Origin: Eledone cirrhosa
Lineage: Eukaryota
Direction: 5' to 3'
Length of the DNA stretch: 64,000 nt
NCBI GenBank assembly: GCA_964016885.1
Contig: OZ024740.1
Span: 421,972,001 to 422,036,000 of the forward strand
The stretch's first letter is position 1, and the number at the start of each line of letters is the position of its first letter. Shown one piece after another: positions 34,562 through 49,538 of this stretch. The position numbers were made by a program, and so were the translations under genes. The notes under the pieces were generated by a model. It had not been told where the DNA came from and did not search any database. It saw only the letters and a list, made by a program, of their open reading frames with translations.

Positions 34562-37500
34562 CCATTGGTGTTACTGGTCAACAGACTTCTTCCATCGGTG
34601 TTACTGGTCAACACATTTCTTCCATCAGTGTTGTTGGTTAACACACTTCTTCCATTGGTGTTACTGGTCAAGACACTTCTTCCATTGGTATTACCGGTCA
34701 ACATGGTCAACACATTTCTTCCATCGGTGTTACCGGTCAACACACTTCTTCCATCAGTGTTGTTGGTTAACACACTTCTTCCATTGGTGTTACTGGTCAA
34801 GACACTTCTTCCATTGGTGTTACCGGTCAACATGGTCAACACACTTCTATTGGTGTTACTGGTCACCACACTTCTTCCATCGGTGTTACCGGTCAACACA
34901 CTTCTTCCATTTGTGTTACTGGTGACCACACTTCTTCCATTGGTGTTACTGGTCACCACACTTCTTCCATTGGTGTTACTGGTCACCACACTTCTCCCAT
35001 TGGTGTTACCGGTCACCACACTTCTTCCATCGGTGTTACCGGTCAACACACTTCTTCAATTTGTGTTACTGGTCACTACACTTCTTCCATCGGTGTTACC
35101 AGTCAACACACTTCTTCCATTGGTGTTAGTGGTCACCACACTTCTTGCATTGGTGTTACTGGTCACCACACTTCTTCCATCGGTGTTACTGGTCAACACA
35201 CTTCTTCCATTGGTGTTACTGGTCAACACACTTCTTCCATTTGTGTTACCGGTCACCACACTTCTTCCATTGGTGTTACCGGTCAACACACTTCTTCCAT
35301 TGGTGTTACTGGTCAACACACTTCTTCCATTGGTGTTACTGGTCAACACACTTCTTCCATTGGTATTACTTGTCAACACACTTCTTCCATTGGTGTTACT
35401 GGTCAACAGACTTCTTCCATTGGTGTTACTGGTCAACACACTTCTTCCATTGGTGTTACTGGTCAACACACTTCTTCCATTGGTATTACTGGTCAACACA
35501 CTTCTTCCATTGGTGTTACTGGTCAACACACTTCTTCCATTGGTGTTACTGGTCAACACACTTCCATTGGTGTTACTGGTCAACACACTTCTTCCATCGG
35601 TGTTACTGATCACCACACTTCTTCCATCGGTGTTACTGGTCACCACACTTCTTCCATTGGTGTTACCGGTCCACACACTTCTTCCATTGGTGTTACTGGT
35701 CAACAGACTTCTTCCATTGGTGTTACTGGTCAACACACTTCTTCCATTGGTATTACTGGTCAACACACTTCTTCCATTGGTGATACTGGTCAACACACTT
35801 CTTCCATTGGTATTACTGGTCAACACACTTTTTCCATTGGAGTTACTGGTCAACACACTTCTTCCATCGGTGTTACTGGTCAACACACTTCTTCTATTGG
35901 TGTTACTGGTCAACACACTTCTTCCATTGGTGTTACTGGTCAACACACTTCTTCCATTGGTGTTACTGGTCAACACACATCTTCCATCGGTGTTACTGGT
36001 CAACACACTTCTTCCATTGGTATTACTGGTCGACACACTTCTTCCGTTGGTGTTACTGGTCAACACACTTCTTCCATTGGTGTTACTGGTTAACACACTT
36101 CTTCCATCGCTGTTACTGGTCAACCCACTTCTTCCATTGGTGTTACTGGTCAACAGACTTCTTCCATTGGTATTACTGGTCAACACACTTCTTCCATTGG
36201 TGTTACCGGTCAACACATTTCTTCCATTGGTGTTACTGGTCAAGACACTTCTTCCATCGGTGTTACCGGTCAACACACTTCTTCCATTTGTGTTACTGGT
36301 GACCACACTTCTTCCATTGGTGTTACTGGTCACCACACTTCTTCCATTGGTGTTACTGGTCACCACACTTCTCCCATTGGTGTTACCGGTCACCACACTT
36401 CTTCCATCGGTGTTACCGGTCAACACACTTCTTCAATTTGTGTTACTGGTCACTACACTTCTTCCATCGGTGTTACCAGTCAACACACTTCTTCCATTGG
36501 TGTTAGTGGTCACCACACTTCTTGCATTGGTGTTACTGGTCACCACACTTCTTCCATCGGTGTTACTGGTCAACACACTTCTTCCATTGGTGTTACTGGT
36601 CAACACACTTCTTCCATTTGTGTTACCGGTCACCACACTTCTTCCATTGGTGTTACCGGTCAACACACTTCTTCCATTGGTGTTACTGGTCAACACACTT
36701 CTTCCATTGGTGTTACTGGTCAACACACTTCTTCCATTGGTATTACTTGTCAACACACTTCTTCCATTGGTGTTACTGGTCAACAGACTTCTTCCATTGG
36801 TGTTACTGGTCAACACACTTCTTCCATTGGTGTTACTGGTCAACACACTTCTTCCATTGGTATTACTGGTCAACACACTTCTTCCATTGGTGTTACTGGT
36901 CAACACACTTCTTCCATTGGTGTTACTGGTCAACACACTTCCATTGGTGTTACTGGTCAACACACTTCTTCCATCGGTGTTACTGATCACCACACTTCTT
37001 CCATCGGTGTTACTGGTCACCACACTTCTTCCATTGGTGTTACCGGTCCACACACTTCTTCCATTGGTGTTACTGGTCAACAGACTTCTTCCATTGGTGT
37101 TACTGGTCAACACACTTCTTCCATTGGTATTACTGGTCAACACACTTCTTCCATTGGTGATACTGGTCAACACACTTCTTCCATTGGTATTACTGGTCAA
37201 CACACTTTTTCCATTGGAGTTACTGGTCAACACACTTCTTCCATCGGTGTTACTGGTCAACACACTTCTTCTATTGGTGTTACTGGTCAACACACTTCTT
37301 CCATTGGTGTTACTGGTCAACACACTTCTTCCATTGGTGTTACTGGTCAACACACATCTTCCATCGGTGTTACTGGTCAACACACTTCTTCCATTGGTAT
37401 TACTGGTCGACACACTTCTTCCGTTGGTGTTACTGGTCAACACACTTCTTCCATTGGTGTTACTGGTTAACACACTTCTTCCATCGCTGTTACTGGTCAA

Positions 37501-38882
37501 CCCACTTCTTCCATTGGTGTTACTGGTCAACAGACTTCTTCCATTGGTATTACTGGTCAACACACTTCTTCCATTGGTGTTACCGGTCAACACATTTCTT
37601 CCATTGGTGTTACTGGTCAAGACACTTCTTCCATCGGTGTTACTGGTCAACACACTTCTTCCATTGGTGTTACTGGTCAACAGACTTCTTCCATTGGTGT
37701 TACCGGTCAACACACTTCTTCCATTGGTGTTACTGGTCAACACACTTCTTCCATCGGTGTTACTGGTCAACAGACTTCTTCCATTGGTGTTACCGGTCAA
37801 CACACTTCTACCATTGGTGTTACTGGTCAACAGACTTCTTCCATCGGTGTTACCGGTCAACAGAATTCTTCCATTGGTGTTACCGGTCAACACACTTCTA
37901 CCATTGGTGTTACTGGTCAACAGACTTCTTCCATCGGTGTTACCGGTCAATACACTTCTTCCATCGGTGTTACTGGTCACCACACTTCTACCATCGGTGG
38001 TACCAGTCACCACACTTCTTCCATTGGTGTTACTGGTCAATACACTTCTTCCATCAGCGTTACCGGTCACCACACTTCTTCCATCGGTGTTACCGGTCCA
38101 CACACTTCTTCCATCGGTGTTACTGGTGACCACACTTCTTCCATCGGTGTTACTGGTCACCACACTTCTTCTATTGGTGTTACCGGTCACCACACTTCTT
38201 CCATCGGTGTTACTGGTCAACAGACTTCTTCCATTGGTGTTACCGGTCAACACACTTCTTCCATTGGGGTTACTGGTCACCACACTTCTTCCATTGGTGT
38301 TACTGGTCAACACATTTCTTCAATTGGTGTTACTGGTCAACACACTTCTTCCATTGGGGATACTGGTCACCACACTTCTCCTATTGGTGTTACTGGTCAA
38401 CACACTTCTTCCATCGGTGTTACCGGTCAACACATTTCTTCAATTGGTGTTACTGGTCAACACACTTCTTCCATTGGGGTTACTGGTCACCACACTTCTT
38501 CCATTGGTGTTACTGGTCACCACACTGCTTCCATCGGTGTTACTGATCACCACACTTCTTCCATCGGTGTTACTGGTCACCACACTTCTTCCATTGGTGT
38601 TATTGGTCATCACACTTCTTCCCTCGGTGTTACTGGTCCACACACTTCTTCCATCGGTGTTACCGGTCACCACACTTCTTCCATCAGTGTTCCTGGTACA
38701 CACACTTCTTCCATCGGTGTTAACGGTCAACACACTTCTTCCATTGGTCTTACTGGTCACCACACTTCTTCCATCTGCGTTACCGGTCAACACACTTCTT
38801 TCATCGGTGTTGCCAGTCAACACATTTCTTCCATCAGTGTTACCGGTCAACATGGTCAAGACACTTCTTCCATTGATGTTAC

Positions 38883-39222
38883 AGGATTTAGATCACATTA
38901 GTGAAGAATCTTTCATGTACCACTCCTTACTTTGCCATTATGTCACTGCATCGTACCCAACCATGATTTCTCTCCTGTTATTATTTATCCAAGAAATTTG
39001 ACTCACTTTTAGTTTTTCCAGAAAATCCTGACAAATCTCCAGCTGGTTCATTTTTTGCTCCAGTGATAAATGTTTGAGCCCTAGTTTTGCACACATTTTT
39101 TGCATGTTCAAATGGTCTGCTGACATTGCATGAACTGTATTTTTATCCAAGACCATTTTTACTGCAATCATTCTAACACTTAATCAGTGATCTATGGCCA
39201 TCACCACTTGCACCACTTTGTA
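38883..39222 (-). pseudogene. Mariner transposase fragment, spacer copy 2
   Basis: Near-identical to copy 1. Confidence 0.85.
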
Positions 39223-42079
39223 CCATTGGTGTTACTGGTCAACAGACTTCTTCCATCGGTGTTACTGGTCAACACATTTCTTCCATTGGTATTACCGGTC
39301 AACATGGTCAACACATTTCTTCCATCGGTGTTACCGGTCAACACACTTCTTCCATCAGTGTTGTTGGTTAACACACTTCTTCCATTGGTGTTACTGGTCA
39401 AGACACTTCTTCCATTTGTGTTACCGGTCAACATGGTCAACACACTTCTATTGGTGTTACTGGTCACCACACTTCTTCCATCGGTGTTACCGGTCAACAC
39501 ACTTCTTCCATTTGTGTTACTGGTGACCACACTTCTTCCATTGGTGTTACTGGTCACCACACATCTTCCATTGGTGTTACTGGTCAGCACACTTCTCCCA
39601 TTGGTGTTACCGGTCACCACACTTCTTCCATCGGTGTTACCGGTCACCACACTTCTTCCATCAGTGTTACCGGTCAACACACTTCTTCCATTTGTGTTAC
39701 TGGTCACCACACTTCTTCCATCGGTGTTACCAGTCAACACACTTCTTCCATTGGTGTTAGTGGTCACCACACTTCTTGCATTGGTGTTACTGGTCACCAC
39801 ACTTCTTCCATCGGTGTTACTGGTCAACACACTTCTTCCATTGGTGTTACCGGTCACCACACTTCTTCCATTGGTGTTACCGGTCAACACACTTCTTCCA
39901 TTTGTGTTACTGGTCACCACACTTCTTCCATTAGTGTTAGTGGTCACCACACTTCTTCCATTGGTGTTACTGGTCAACACACTTCTTCCATCGGTGTTAC
40001 TGGTCACCACACTTCTTCCATTGGTGTTACTGGTCACCACACTTCTTCCATCGGTGTTACCGGTCATCACACTTCTTCCATTTGTGTTACTGGTCACCAC
40101 ACTTCTTCCATTGGTGTTACTGGTCACGACACTTCTTCCAATGGTGTTACTGGTCACGACACTTCTTCCATTGGTGTTACTGGTCACGTCACTTCTTCCA
40201 TCAGTGTTACTGGTCAACACACTTCTTCCATTTGTGTTACTGGTCACCACACTTCTTCCATTGGTGTTACTGGTCACGTCACTTCTTCCATCAGTGTTAC
40301 TGGTCAACACACTTCTTCCATTTGTGTTACTGGTCACCACACTTCTTCCATTGGTGTTACTGGTCACGACACTTCTTCCAATGGTGTTACTGGTCACGAC
40401 ACTTCTTCCATTGGTGTTACTGGTCACGTCACTTCTTCCATCAGTGTTACTGGTCAACACACTTCTTCCATTTGTGTTACTGGTCACCACACTTCTTCCA
40501 TCGGTGTTACCGGTCACCATACTTCTTCCATCGGTGTTACTGGCCACCACACTTCTTCCATCGGTGTTACTGGTCAACACACTTCTTCTATCGGTGTTAC
40601 TGGTCACCACACTTCTTCCATTGGTGTTACTGGTCATCACACTTCTTCCATCGGTGTTACCGGTCAACACACTTCTTCCATTCGTGTTACCGGTCAACAC
40701 ACTTCTTCCATCGGTGTTACTGGTCAACAGACTTCTTCCATCGGTGTTACCGGTCACCACACTTCTTCCATCGGTGTTACTGGTCAACACACTTCTTCCA
40801 TTGGTGTTACTGGTGACCACACTTCTTGCATTGGTGTTACTGGTCACCACACTTCTTCCATCGGTGTTACCGGTCAACACACTTCTTCCATTTGTGTTAC
40901 TGGTGACCACACTTCTTCCATTAGTGTTACTGGTCACCACACTTTTTCCATTGGTGTTACTGGTCAACACACTTCTTCCATCGGTGTTACCGGTCACCAC
41001 ACTTCTTCCACTGGTGTTACTGATCAACACACTTCTTCCATCGGTGTTACTGGTCACCACACTTCTTCCATTGGTGTTACTGGTCACCACACTTCTTCCA
41101 ATGGTGTTACCTGTCAACACACCTCTCCCATTGGTGTTACTGGTCACGTCACTCTTTCCATCAGTGTTACTGGTCAACACACTTCTTCCATTTGTGTTAC
41201 CGGTCACTATACTTCTTCCATCGGTGTTACTGGCCACCACACTTCTTCCATCGGTGTTACTGGTCAACACACTTCTTCCATCGGTGTTACTGGTCAACAG
41301 ACTTCTTCCATTGGTGTTACCGGTCAACACACTTCTACCATTGGTGTTACTGGTCAACAGACTTCTTCCATCGGTGTTACCGGTCAACAGAATTCTTCCA
41401 TTGGTGTTACCGGTCAACACACTTCTACCATTGGTGTTACTGGTCAACAGACTTCTTCCATCGGTGTTACCGGTCAACACACTTCTTCCATCGGTGTTAC
41501 TGGTCACCACACTTCTACCATCGGTGGTACCAGTCACCACACTTCTTCCATTGGTGTTACTGGTCAATACACTTCTTCCCTCAGCGTTACCGGTCACCAC
41601 ACTTCTTCCATACGTGTTACCGGTCCACACACTTCTTCCATCGGTGTTACTGGTGACCACACTTCTTCTATTGGTGTTACCGGTCAACACACTTCTTCCA
41701 TCGGTGTTACTGGTCAACAGACTTCTTCCATTGGTGTTACCGGTCAACACACTTCTTCCATTGGGGTTACTGGTCACCACACTTCTTCCATTGGTGTTAC
41801 TGGTCAACACACTTCTTCCCTCGGTGTTAATGGTCCACACACTTCTTCCATCGGTGTTACCGGTCACCACACTTCTTCCATCAGTGTTCCTGGTACACAC
41901 ACTTCTTCCATCGGTGTTAACGGTCAACACACTTCTTCCATTGGTCTTACTGGTCACCACACTTCTTCCATCTGCGTTACCGGTCAACACACTTCTTTCA
42001 TCGGTGTTGCCAGTCAACACATTTCTTCCATCAGTGTTACCGGTCAACATGGTCAAGACACTTCTTCCATTGATGTTAC

Positions 42080-42418
42080 AGGATTTAGATCACATTAGTG
42101 AAGAATCTTTCATGTACCACTCCTTACTTTGCCATTATGTCACTGCATCGTACCCAACCATGATTTCTCTCCTGTTATTATTTATCCAAGAAATTTGACT
42201 CACTTTTAGTTTTTCCAGAAAATCCTGACAAATCTCCAGCTGGTTCATTTTTTGCTCCAGTGATAAATGTTTGAGCCCTAGTTTTGCACACATTTTTTGC
42301 ATGTTCAAATGGTCTGCTGACATTGCATGAACTGTATTTTTATCCAAGTCCATTTTACTGCAATCATTCTAACACTTAATCAGTGATCTATGGCCATCAC
42401 CACTTGCACCACTTTGTA
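42080..42418 (-). pseudogene. Mariner transposase fragment, spacer copy 3
   Basis: Near-identical; 1-bp deletion shared with copy 4. Confidence 0.85.
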
Positions 42419-44039
42419 CCATTGGTGTTACTGGTCAACAGACTTCTTCCATCGGTGTTACTGGTCAACACATTTCTTCCATTGGTATTACCGGTCAACA
42501 TGGTCAACACATTTCTTCCATCGGTGTTACCGGTCAACACACTTCTTCCATTGTTGTTACTGGTCACCACACTTCTTCCATCGGTTTTATTGTTCACCAC
42601 ACTTCTGCCATTGGTGTTACTGGTCACCACACTTCTTCCATCGGTGTTACCGGTCAACACACTTCTTCAATTGGTGTTACTGGTCCACACACTTCTTCCA
42701 TTGGTGTTACTGGTTACCACACTTCTTCCATCGGTGTTACTGGTCAACACACTTCTTCCATTGGTGTTACTGGTGACCACACTTCTTGCATTGGTGTTAC
42801 TGGTCACCACACTTCTTCCATCGGTGTTACCGGTCAACACACTTCTTCCATTTGTGTTACTGGTGACCACACTTCTTCCATTAGTGTTACTGGTCACCAC
42901 ACTTTTTCCATTGGTGTTACTGGTCAACACACTTCTTCCATCGGTGTTACCGGTCACCACACTTCTTCCACTGGTGTTACTGGTCAACACACTTCTTCCA
43001 TCGGTGTTACTGGTCACCACACTTCTTCCATTGGTGTTACTGGTCACCACACTTCTTCCAATGGTGTTACCTGTCAACACACTTCTCCCATTGGTGTTAC
43101 TGGTCACGTCACTCTTTCCATCAGTGTTACTGGTCAACACACTTCTTCCATTTGTGTTACCGGTCACTACACTTCTTCCATCGGTGTTACTGGCCACCAC
43201 ACTTCTTCCATCGGTGTTACTGGTCAACACACTTCTTCCATCGGTGTTACTGGTCAACAGACTTCTTCCATTGGTGTTACCGGTCAACACACTTCTACCA
43301 TTGGTGTTACTGGTCAACAGACTTCTTCCATCGGTGTTACCGGTCAACAGAATTCTTCCATTGGTGTTACCGGTCAACACACTTCTACCATTGGTGTTAC
43401 TGGTCAACAGACTTCTTCCATCGGTGTTACCGGTCAACACACTTCTTCCATCGGTGTTACTGGTCACCACACTTCTACCATCGGTGGTACCAGTCACCAC
43501 ACTTCTTCCATTGGTGTTACTGGTCAATACACTTCTTCCATCAGCGTTACCGGTCACCACACTTCTTCCATCGGTGTTACCGGTCCACACACTTCTTCCA
43601 TCGGTGTTACTGGTGACCACACTTCTTCTATTGGTGTTACCGGTCAACACACTTCTTCCATCGGTGTTACTGGTCAACAGACTTCTTCCATTGGTGTTAC
43701 CGGTCAACACACTTCTTCCATTGGGGTTACTGGTCACCACACTTCTTCCATTGGTGTTACTGGTCAACACACTTCTTCCCTCGGTGTTAATGGTCCACAC
43801 ACTTCTTCCATCGGTGTTACCGGTCACCACACTTCTTCCATCAGTGTTCCTGGTACACACACTTCTTCCATCGGTGTTAACGGTCAACACACTTCTTCCA
43901 TTGGTCTTACTGGTCACCACACTTCTTCCATCTGCGTTACCGGTCAACACACTTCTTTCATCGGTGTTGCCAGTCAACACATTTCTTCCATCAGTGTTAC
44001 CGGTCAACATGGTCAAGACACTTCTTCCATTGATGTTAC

Positions 44040-44378
44040 AGGATTTAGATCACATTAGTGAAGAATCTTTCATGTACCACTCCTTACTTTGCCATTATGT
44101 CACTGCATCGTACCCAACCATGATTTCTCTCCTGTTATTATTTATCCAAGAAATTTGACTCACTTTTAGTTTTTCCAGAAAATCCTGACAAATCTCCAGC
44201 TGGTTCATTTTTTGCTCCAGTGATAAATGTTTGAGCCCTAGTTTTGCACACATTTTTTGCATGTTCAAATGGTCTGCTGACATTGCATGAACTGTATTTT
44301 TATCCAAGTCCATTTTACTGCAATCATTCTAACACTTAATCAGTGATCTATGGCCATCACCACTTGCACCACTTTGTA
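44040..44378 (-). pseudogene. Mariner transposase fragment, spacer copy 4
   Basis: Near-identical; 1-bp deletion shared with copy 3. Confidence 0.85.
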
Positions 44379-45375
44379 TCATTGGTGTTACTGGTCAACA
44401 GACTTCTTCCATCGGTGTTACTGGTCAACACATTTCTTCCATTGGTATTACCGGTCAACATGGTCAACACATTTCTTCCATCGGTGTTACCGGTCAACAC
44501 ACTTCTTCCATCAGTGTTGTTGGTTAACACACTTCTTCCATTGGTGTTACTGGTCAAGACACTTCTTCCATTTGTGTTACCGGTCAACATGGTCAACACA
44601 CTTCTATTGGTGTTACTGGTCACCACACTTCTTCCATCGGTGTTACTGGTCACCACACCTCTTCTATTGTTGTTTCTGGTCTACACACTTCTTCCATTGG
44701 TGTTAGTGTTCTACACACTTCTTCCATTGTTGTTACTGGTCACCACACTTCTTCCATCGGTTTTATTGTTCACCACACTTCTTCCATTGGTGTTACTGGT
44801 CACCACACTTCTTCCATCGGTGTTACCGGTCAACACACTTCTTCAATTGGTGTTACTGGTCCACACACTTCTTCCATTGGTGTTACTGGTCACCACACTT
44901 CTTCCATCGGTGTCACTGGTACCCACACTTTTTCTATCGGTGTTACTGGTTACCACACTTCTTCTATCGGTGTTACTGGTCACCAGACTTCTTCCGTCGG
45001 TGTTACTGGTCACCACACTTCTTCCATCGGTGTTACTCGTCACCACACTTCTTCCATCGGTGTTACTGGTCACCACACTTCTTCCATTGGTGTTACCGGT
45101 CCACAGACTTCTTCCATCGGTGTTACCGGTCAACAAACTTCTTCCATCGGTGTTACTGATCCACACACTTCTTCCATCGGTGTTACTGGTCCACACACTT
45201 CTTCCATTGGTGTTACTGGTCACCACACTTTTTCGATTGGTGTTACTGGTCACCACACTTCTTCCATCTGCGTTACCGGTCAACACACTTCTTTCATCGG
45301 TGTTGCCAGTCAACACATTTCTTCCATCAGTGTTACCGGTCAACATGGTCAAGACACTTCTTCCATTGATGTTAC

Positions 45376-45715
45376 AGGATTTAGATCACATTAGTGAAGA
45401 ATCTTTCATGTACCACTCCTTACTTTGCCATTATGTCACTGCATCGTACCCAACCATGATTTCTCTCCTGTTATTATTTATCCAAGAAATTTGACTCACT
45501 TTTAGTTTTTCCAGAAAATCCTGACAAATCTCCAGCTGGTTCATTTTTTGCTCCAGTGATAAATGTTTGAGCCCTAGTTTTGCACACATTTTTTGCATGT
45601 TCAAATGGTCTGCTGACATTGCATGAACTGTATTTTTATCCAAGTCCATTTTTACTGCAATCATTCTAACACTTAATCAGTGATCTATGGCCATCACCAC
45701 TTGCACCACTTTGTA
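45376..45715 (-). pseudogene. Mariner transposase fragment, spacer copy 5
   Basis: Near-identical to copy 2. Confidence 0.85.
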
Positions 45716-48700
45716 CCATTGGTGTTACTGGTCAACAGACTTCTTCCATCGGTGTTACTGGTCAACACATTTCTTCCATTGGTATTACCGGTCAACATGG
45801 TCAACACATTTCTTCCATCGGTGTTACCGGTCAACACACTTCTTCCATCAGTGTTGTTGGTTAACACACTTCTTCCATTGGTGTTACTGGTCAAGACACT
45901 TCTTCCATTTGTGTTACCGGTCAACATGGTCAACACACTTCTATTGGTGTTACTGGTCACCACACTTCTTCCATCGGTGTTACCGGTCAACACACTTCTT
46001 CCATTTGTGTTACTGGTGACCACACTTCTTCCATTGGTGTTACTGGTCACCACACATCTTCCATTGGTGTTACTGGTCAGCACACTTCTCCCATTGGTGT
46101 TACCGGTCACCACACTTCTTCCATCGGTGTTACCGGTCACCACACTTCTTCCATCAGTGTTACCGGTCCACACACTTCTTCCATTTGTGTTACTGGTCAC
46201 CACACTTCTTCCATTGGTGTTACCGGTCACCACACTTCTTCCATCGGTGTTACTGGTCCACACACTCCTTCGATTGGTGTTACAGGTCACCACACTTCTT
46301 CCATTGGTGTTACTGGTCAATACACTTCTTCCATTGGTGTTACTGGTCACCACACTTCTTCCATCGGTGTTACCGGTCAACACACTTCTTCCATTGGTCT
46401 CGCTGGACAACACACTTTTCCATCGGTGTTACCGGTCAACACACTTCTTCCATTGGTGTTACCGGTCAACACACTTTTTCCATCGGTGTTACCGGTCAAC
46501 AGACTTCTTCCATCGGTGTTACTGGTCCACACACTTCTTCCATCGGTGTCACTGGTGAACAGACTTCTTCCATCGGTGTTACCGGTCCACACACTTCTTC
46601 CATCGGTGTTACTGGTCCACACACTTCTTCCATCGGTGTCACTGGTGAACAGACTTCTTCCATCGGTGTTACCGGTCCACACACTTCTTCCATCGGTGTT
46701 ACTGGTCAACAGACTTCTTCCATCGGTGTTACTGGTCTACAAACTTCTTCCATCGGTGTTACAGGTCCACACACTTCTTCCATCGGTGTTACAGGTCACC
46801 ACACTTCTTCCATCGGTGTTACTGGTCACACACTTCTTCCATCGGTGTTACTGGTCAACACACTTCTTCCATTGGTGTTACTGGTCACCACACTTCTTCC
46901 ATCGGTGTTACTGGTCAACAGACTTCTTCCATCGGTGTTACTGGTCCACAAACTTCTTCCATCGGTGTTACCGGTCAACAGATTCTTCCATAGGAATTAC
47001 TGGTCACCGCACTTCTTCCATCGGTGTTACTGGTCCACACACTTCTTCCCTCGGTGTTACCGGTCACCACACTTCTTCCATCGGTGTTACTGGTCACACA
47101 CTTCTTCCATCGGTGTTACTGGTCAACACACTTCTTCCATTGGTGTTACTGGTCACCACACTTCTTCCATCGGTGTTACCGGTCAACACACTTCTTCCAT
47201 CGGTGTTACTGGTCACCACACTTCTTCAATCGGTGTTACTGGTCACCACACTTCTTCAATCGGTGTTACCGGTCACCACACTTCTACCATCGGTGGTACC
47301 GGTCACCACACTTCTTCAATCGGTGTTACTGGTCACCACACTTCTTCCATCGGTGTTACCGGTCAACACACTTCTTCCATCGGTGTTACTGGTCAACACA
47401 CTTCTTCCATTGGTGTTACTGGTCCACTCACTTCTTCCATCGGTGTTACTGGTCCACACACTTCTTCCATCGGTGTTACTGGTCACCACACTTCTTCTAT
47501 TGGTGTTACCGGTCACCACACTCCTTCCATTGGTCTTACTGGTCAACACACTTCTTCCATTGGTGTTACTGGTCACCACACTTCTTCCATCGGTGTTACC
47601 AGTGAACACACTTATTCCATTGGTGCTACCGATCACCACACTTCTTCTATTGGTGTTACCGGTCAGCACACTTCTTCCATCGGTGTTACTGGTCACCACA
47701 CCTCTTCTATTGTTGTTTCTGGTCTACACACTTCTTCCATTAGTGTTACTGGTCACCACACTTCTTCCATCGGTGTTACCGGTCAACACACTTCTACCAT
47801 TGGTGTTACTGGTCAACAGACTTCTTCCATTGGTGTTACCGGTCACCACACCTCTTCTATTGTTGTTTCTGGTCTACACACTTCTTCCATTGGTGTTACT
47901 GGTCAACACACTTCTTCCATTGGTGTTACGGGTCACCACACCTCTTCTATTGTTGTTTCTGGTCTACACACTTCTTCCATTGGTGTTACTGGTCACCACA
48001 CTTCTTCCATCGGTGTTACCGGTCAACACACTTCTACCATTGGTGTTACTGGTCAACAGACTTCTTCCATCGGTGTTACCGGTCAACACACTTCTTGCAT
48101 CGGTGTTACTGGTCACCACACTTCTACCATCGGTGGTACCGGTCAACACACTTCTTCCATTGGTGTTACTGGTCAATACACTTCTTCCATCGGCGTTACC
48201 GGTCACCACAATTCTTCCATCGGTGTTACCGGTCCACACACTTCTTCCATCGGTGTTACTGGTCCACACACTTCTTCCATCGGTGTTACTGGTCACCACA
48301 CTTCTTCTATTGGTGTTACCGGTCACCACACTTCTTCCATTGGTCTTACTGGTCAACACACTTCTTCCATTGGTGTTACTGGTCACCACACTTCTTCCAT
48401 CGGTGTTACCAGTCAACACACTTATTCCATTGGTGTTACCGATCACCACACTTCTTCTATTGGTGTTACCGGTGAGCACACTTCTTCCATCGGTGTTACT
48501 GGTCACCACACCTCTTCTATTGTTGTTTCTGGTCTACACACTTCTTCCATTGGTGTTAGTGTTCTACACACTTCTTCCATTGTTGTTACTGGTCACCACA
48601 CTTCTTCCATCGGTTTTATTGTTCACCACACTTCTTCCATTGGTGTTACTGGTCACCACACTTCTTCCATCGGTGTTACCGGTCAACACACTTCTTCAAT

Positions 48701-49198
48701 TGGTGTTACTGGTCCACACACTTCTTCCATTGGTGTTATTGGTCACCACACTTCTTCCATCGGTGTTACTGGTACCCACACTTTTTCTATCGGTGTTACT
48801 GGTTACCACACTTCTTCTATCGGTGTTACTGGTCACCAGACTTCTTCCGTCGGTGTTACTGGTCACCACACTTCTTCCATCGGTGTTACTCGTCACCACA
48901 CTTCTTCCATCGGTGTTACTGGTCACCACACTTCTTCCATTGGTGTTACCGGTCAACAAACTTCTTCCATCGGTGTTACTGATCCACACACTTCTTCCAT
49001 CGGTGTTACTGGTCCACACACTTCTTCCATTGGTGTTACTGGTCACCACACTTTTTCGATTGGTGTTACTGGTCACCACACTTCTTCCATCTGCGTTACC
49101 GGTCAACACACTTCTTTCATCGGTGTTGCCAGTCAACACATTTCTTCCATCAGTGTTACCGGTCAACATGGTCAAGACACTTCTTCCATTGATGTTAC

Positions 49199-49538
49199 AG
49201 GATTTAGATCACATTAGTGAAGAATCTTTCATGTACCACTCCTTACTTTGCCATTATGTCACTGCATCGTACCCAACCATGATTTCTCTCCTGTTATTAT
49301 TTATCCAAGAAATTTGACTCACTTTTAGTTTTTCCAGAAAATCCTGACAAATCTCCAGCTGGTTCATTTTTTGCTCCAGTGAAAAATGTTTGAGCCCTAG
49401 TTTTGCACACATTTTTTGCATGTTCAAATGGTCTGCTGACATTGCATGAACTGTAATTTTATCCAAGTCCATTTTTACTGCAATCATTCTAACACTTAAT
49501 CAGTGATCTATGGCCATCACCACTTGCACCACTTTGTA
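49199..49538 (-). pseudogene. Mariner transposase fragment, spacer copy 6
   Basis: Near-identical, with two private substitutions (KHFS, DKIT). Confidence 0.85.
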
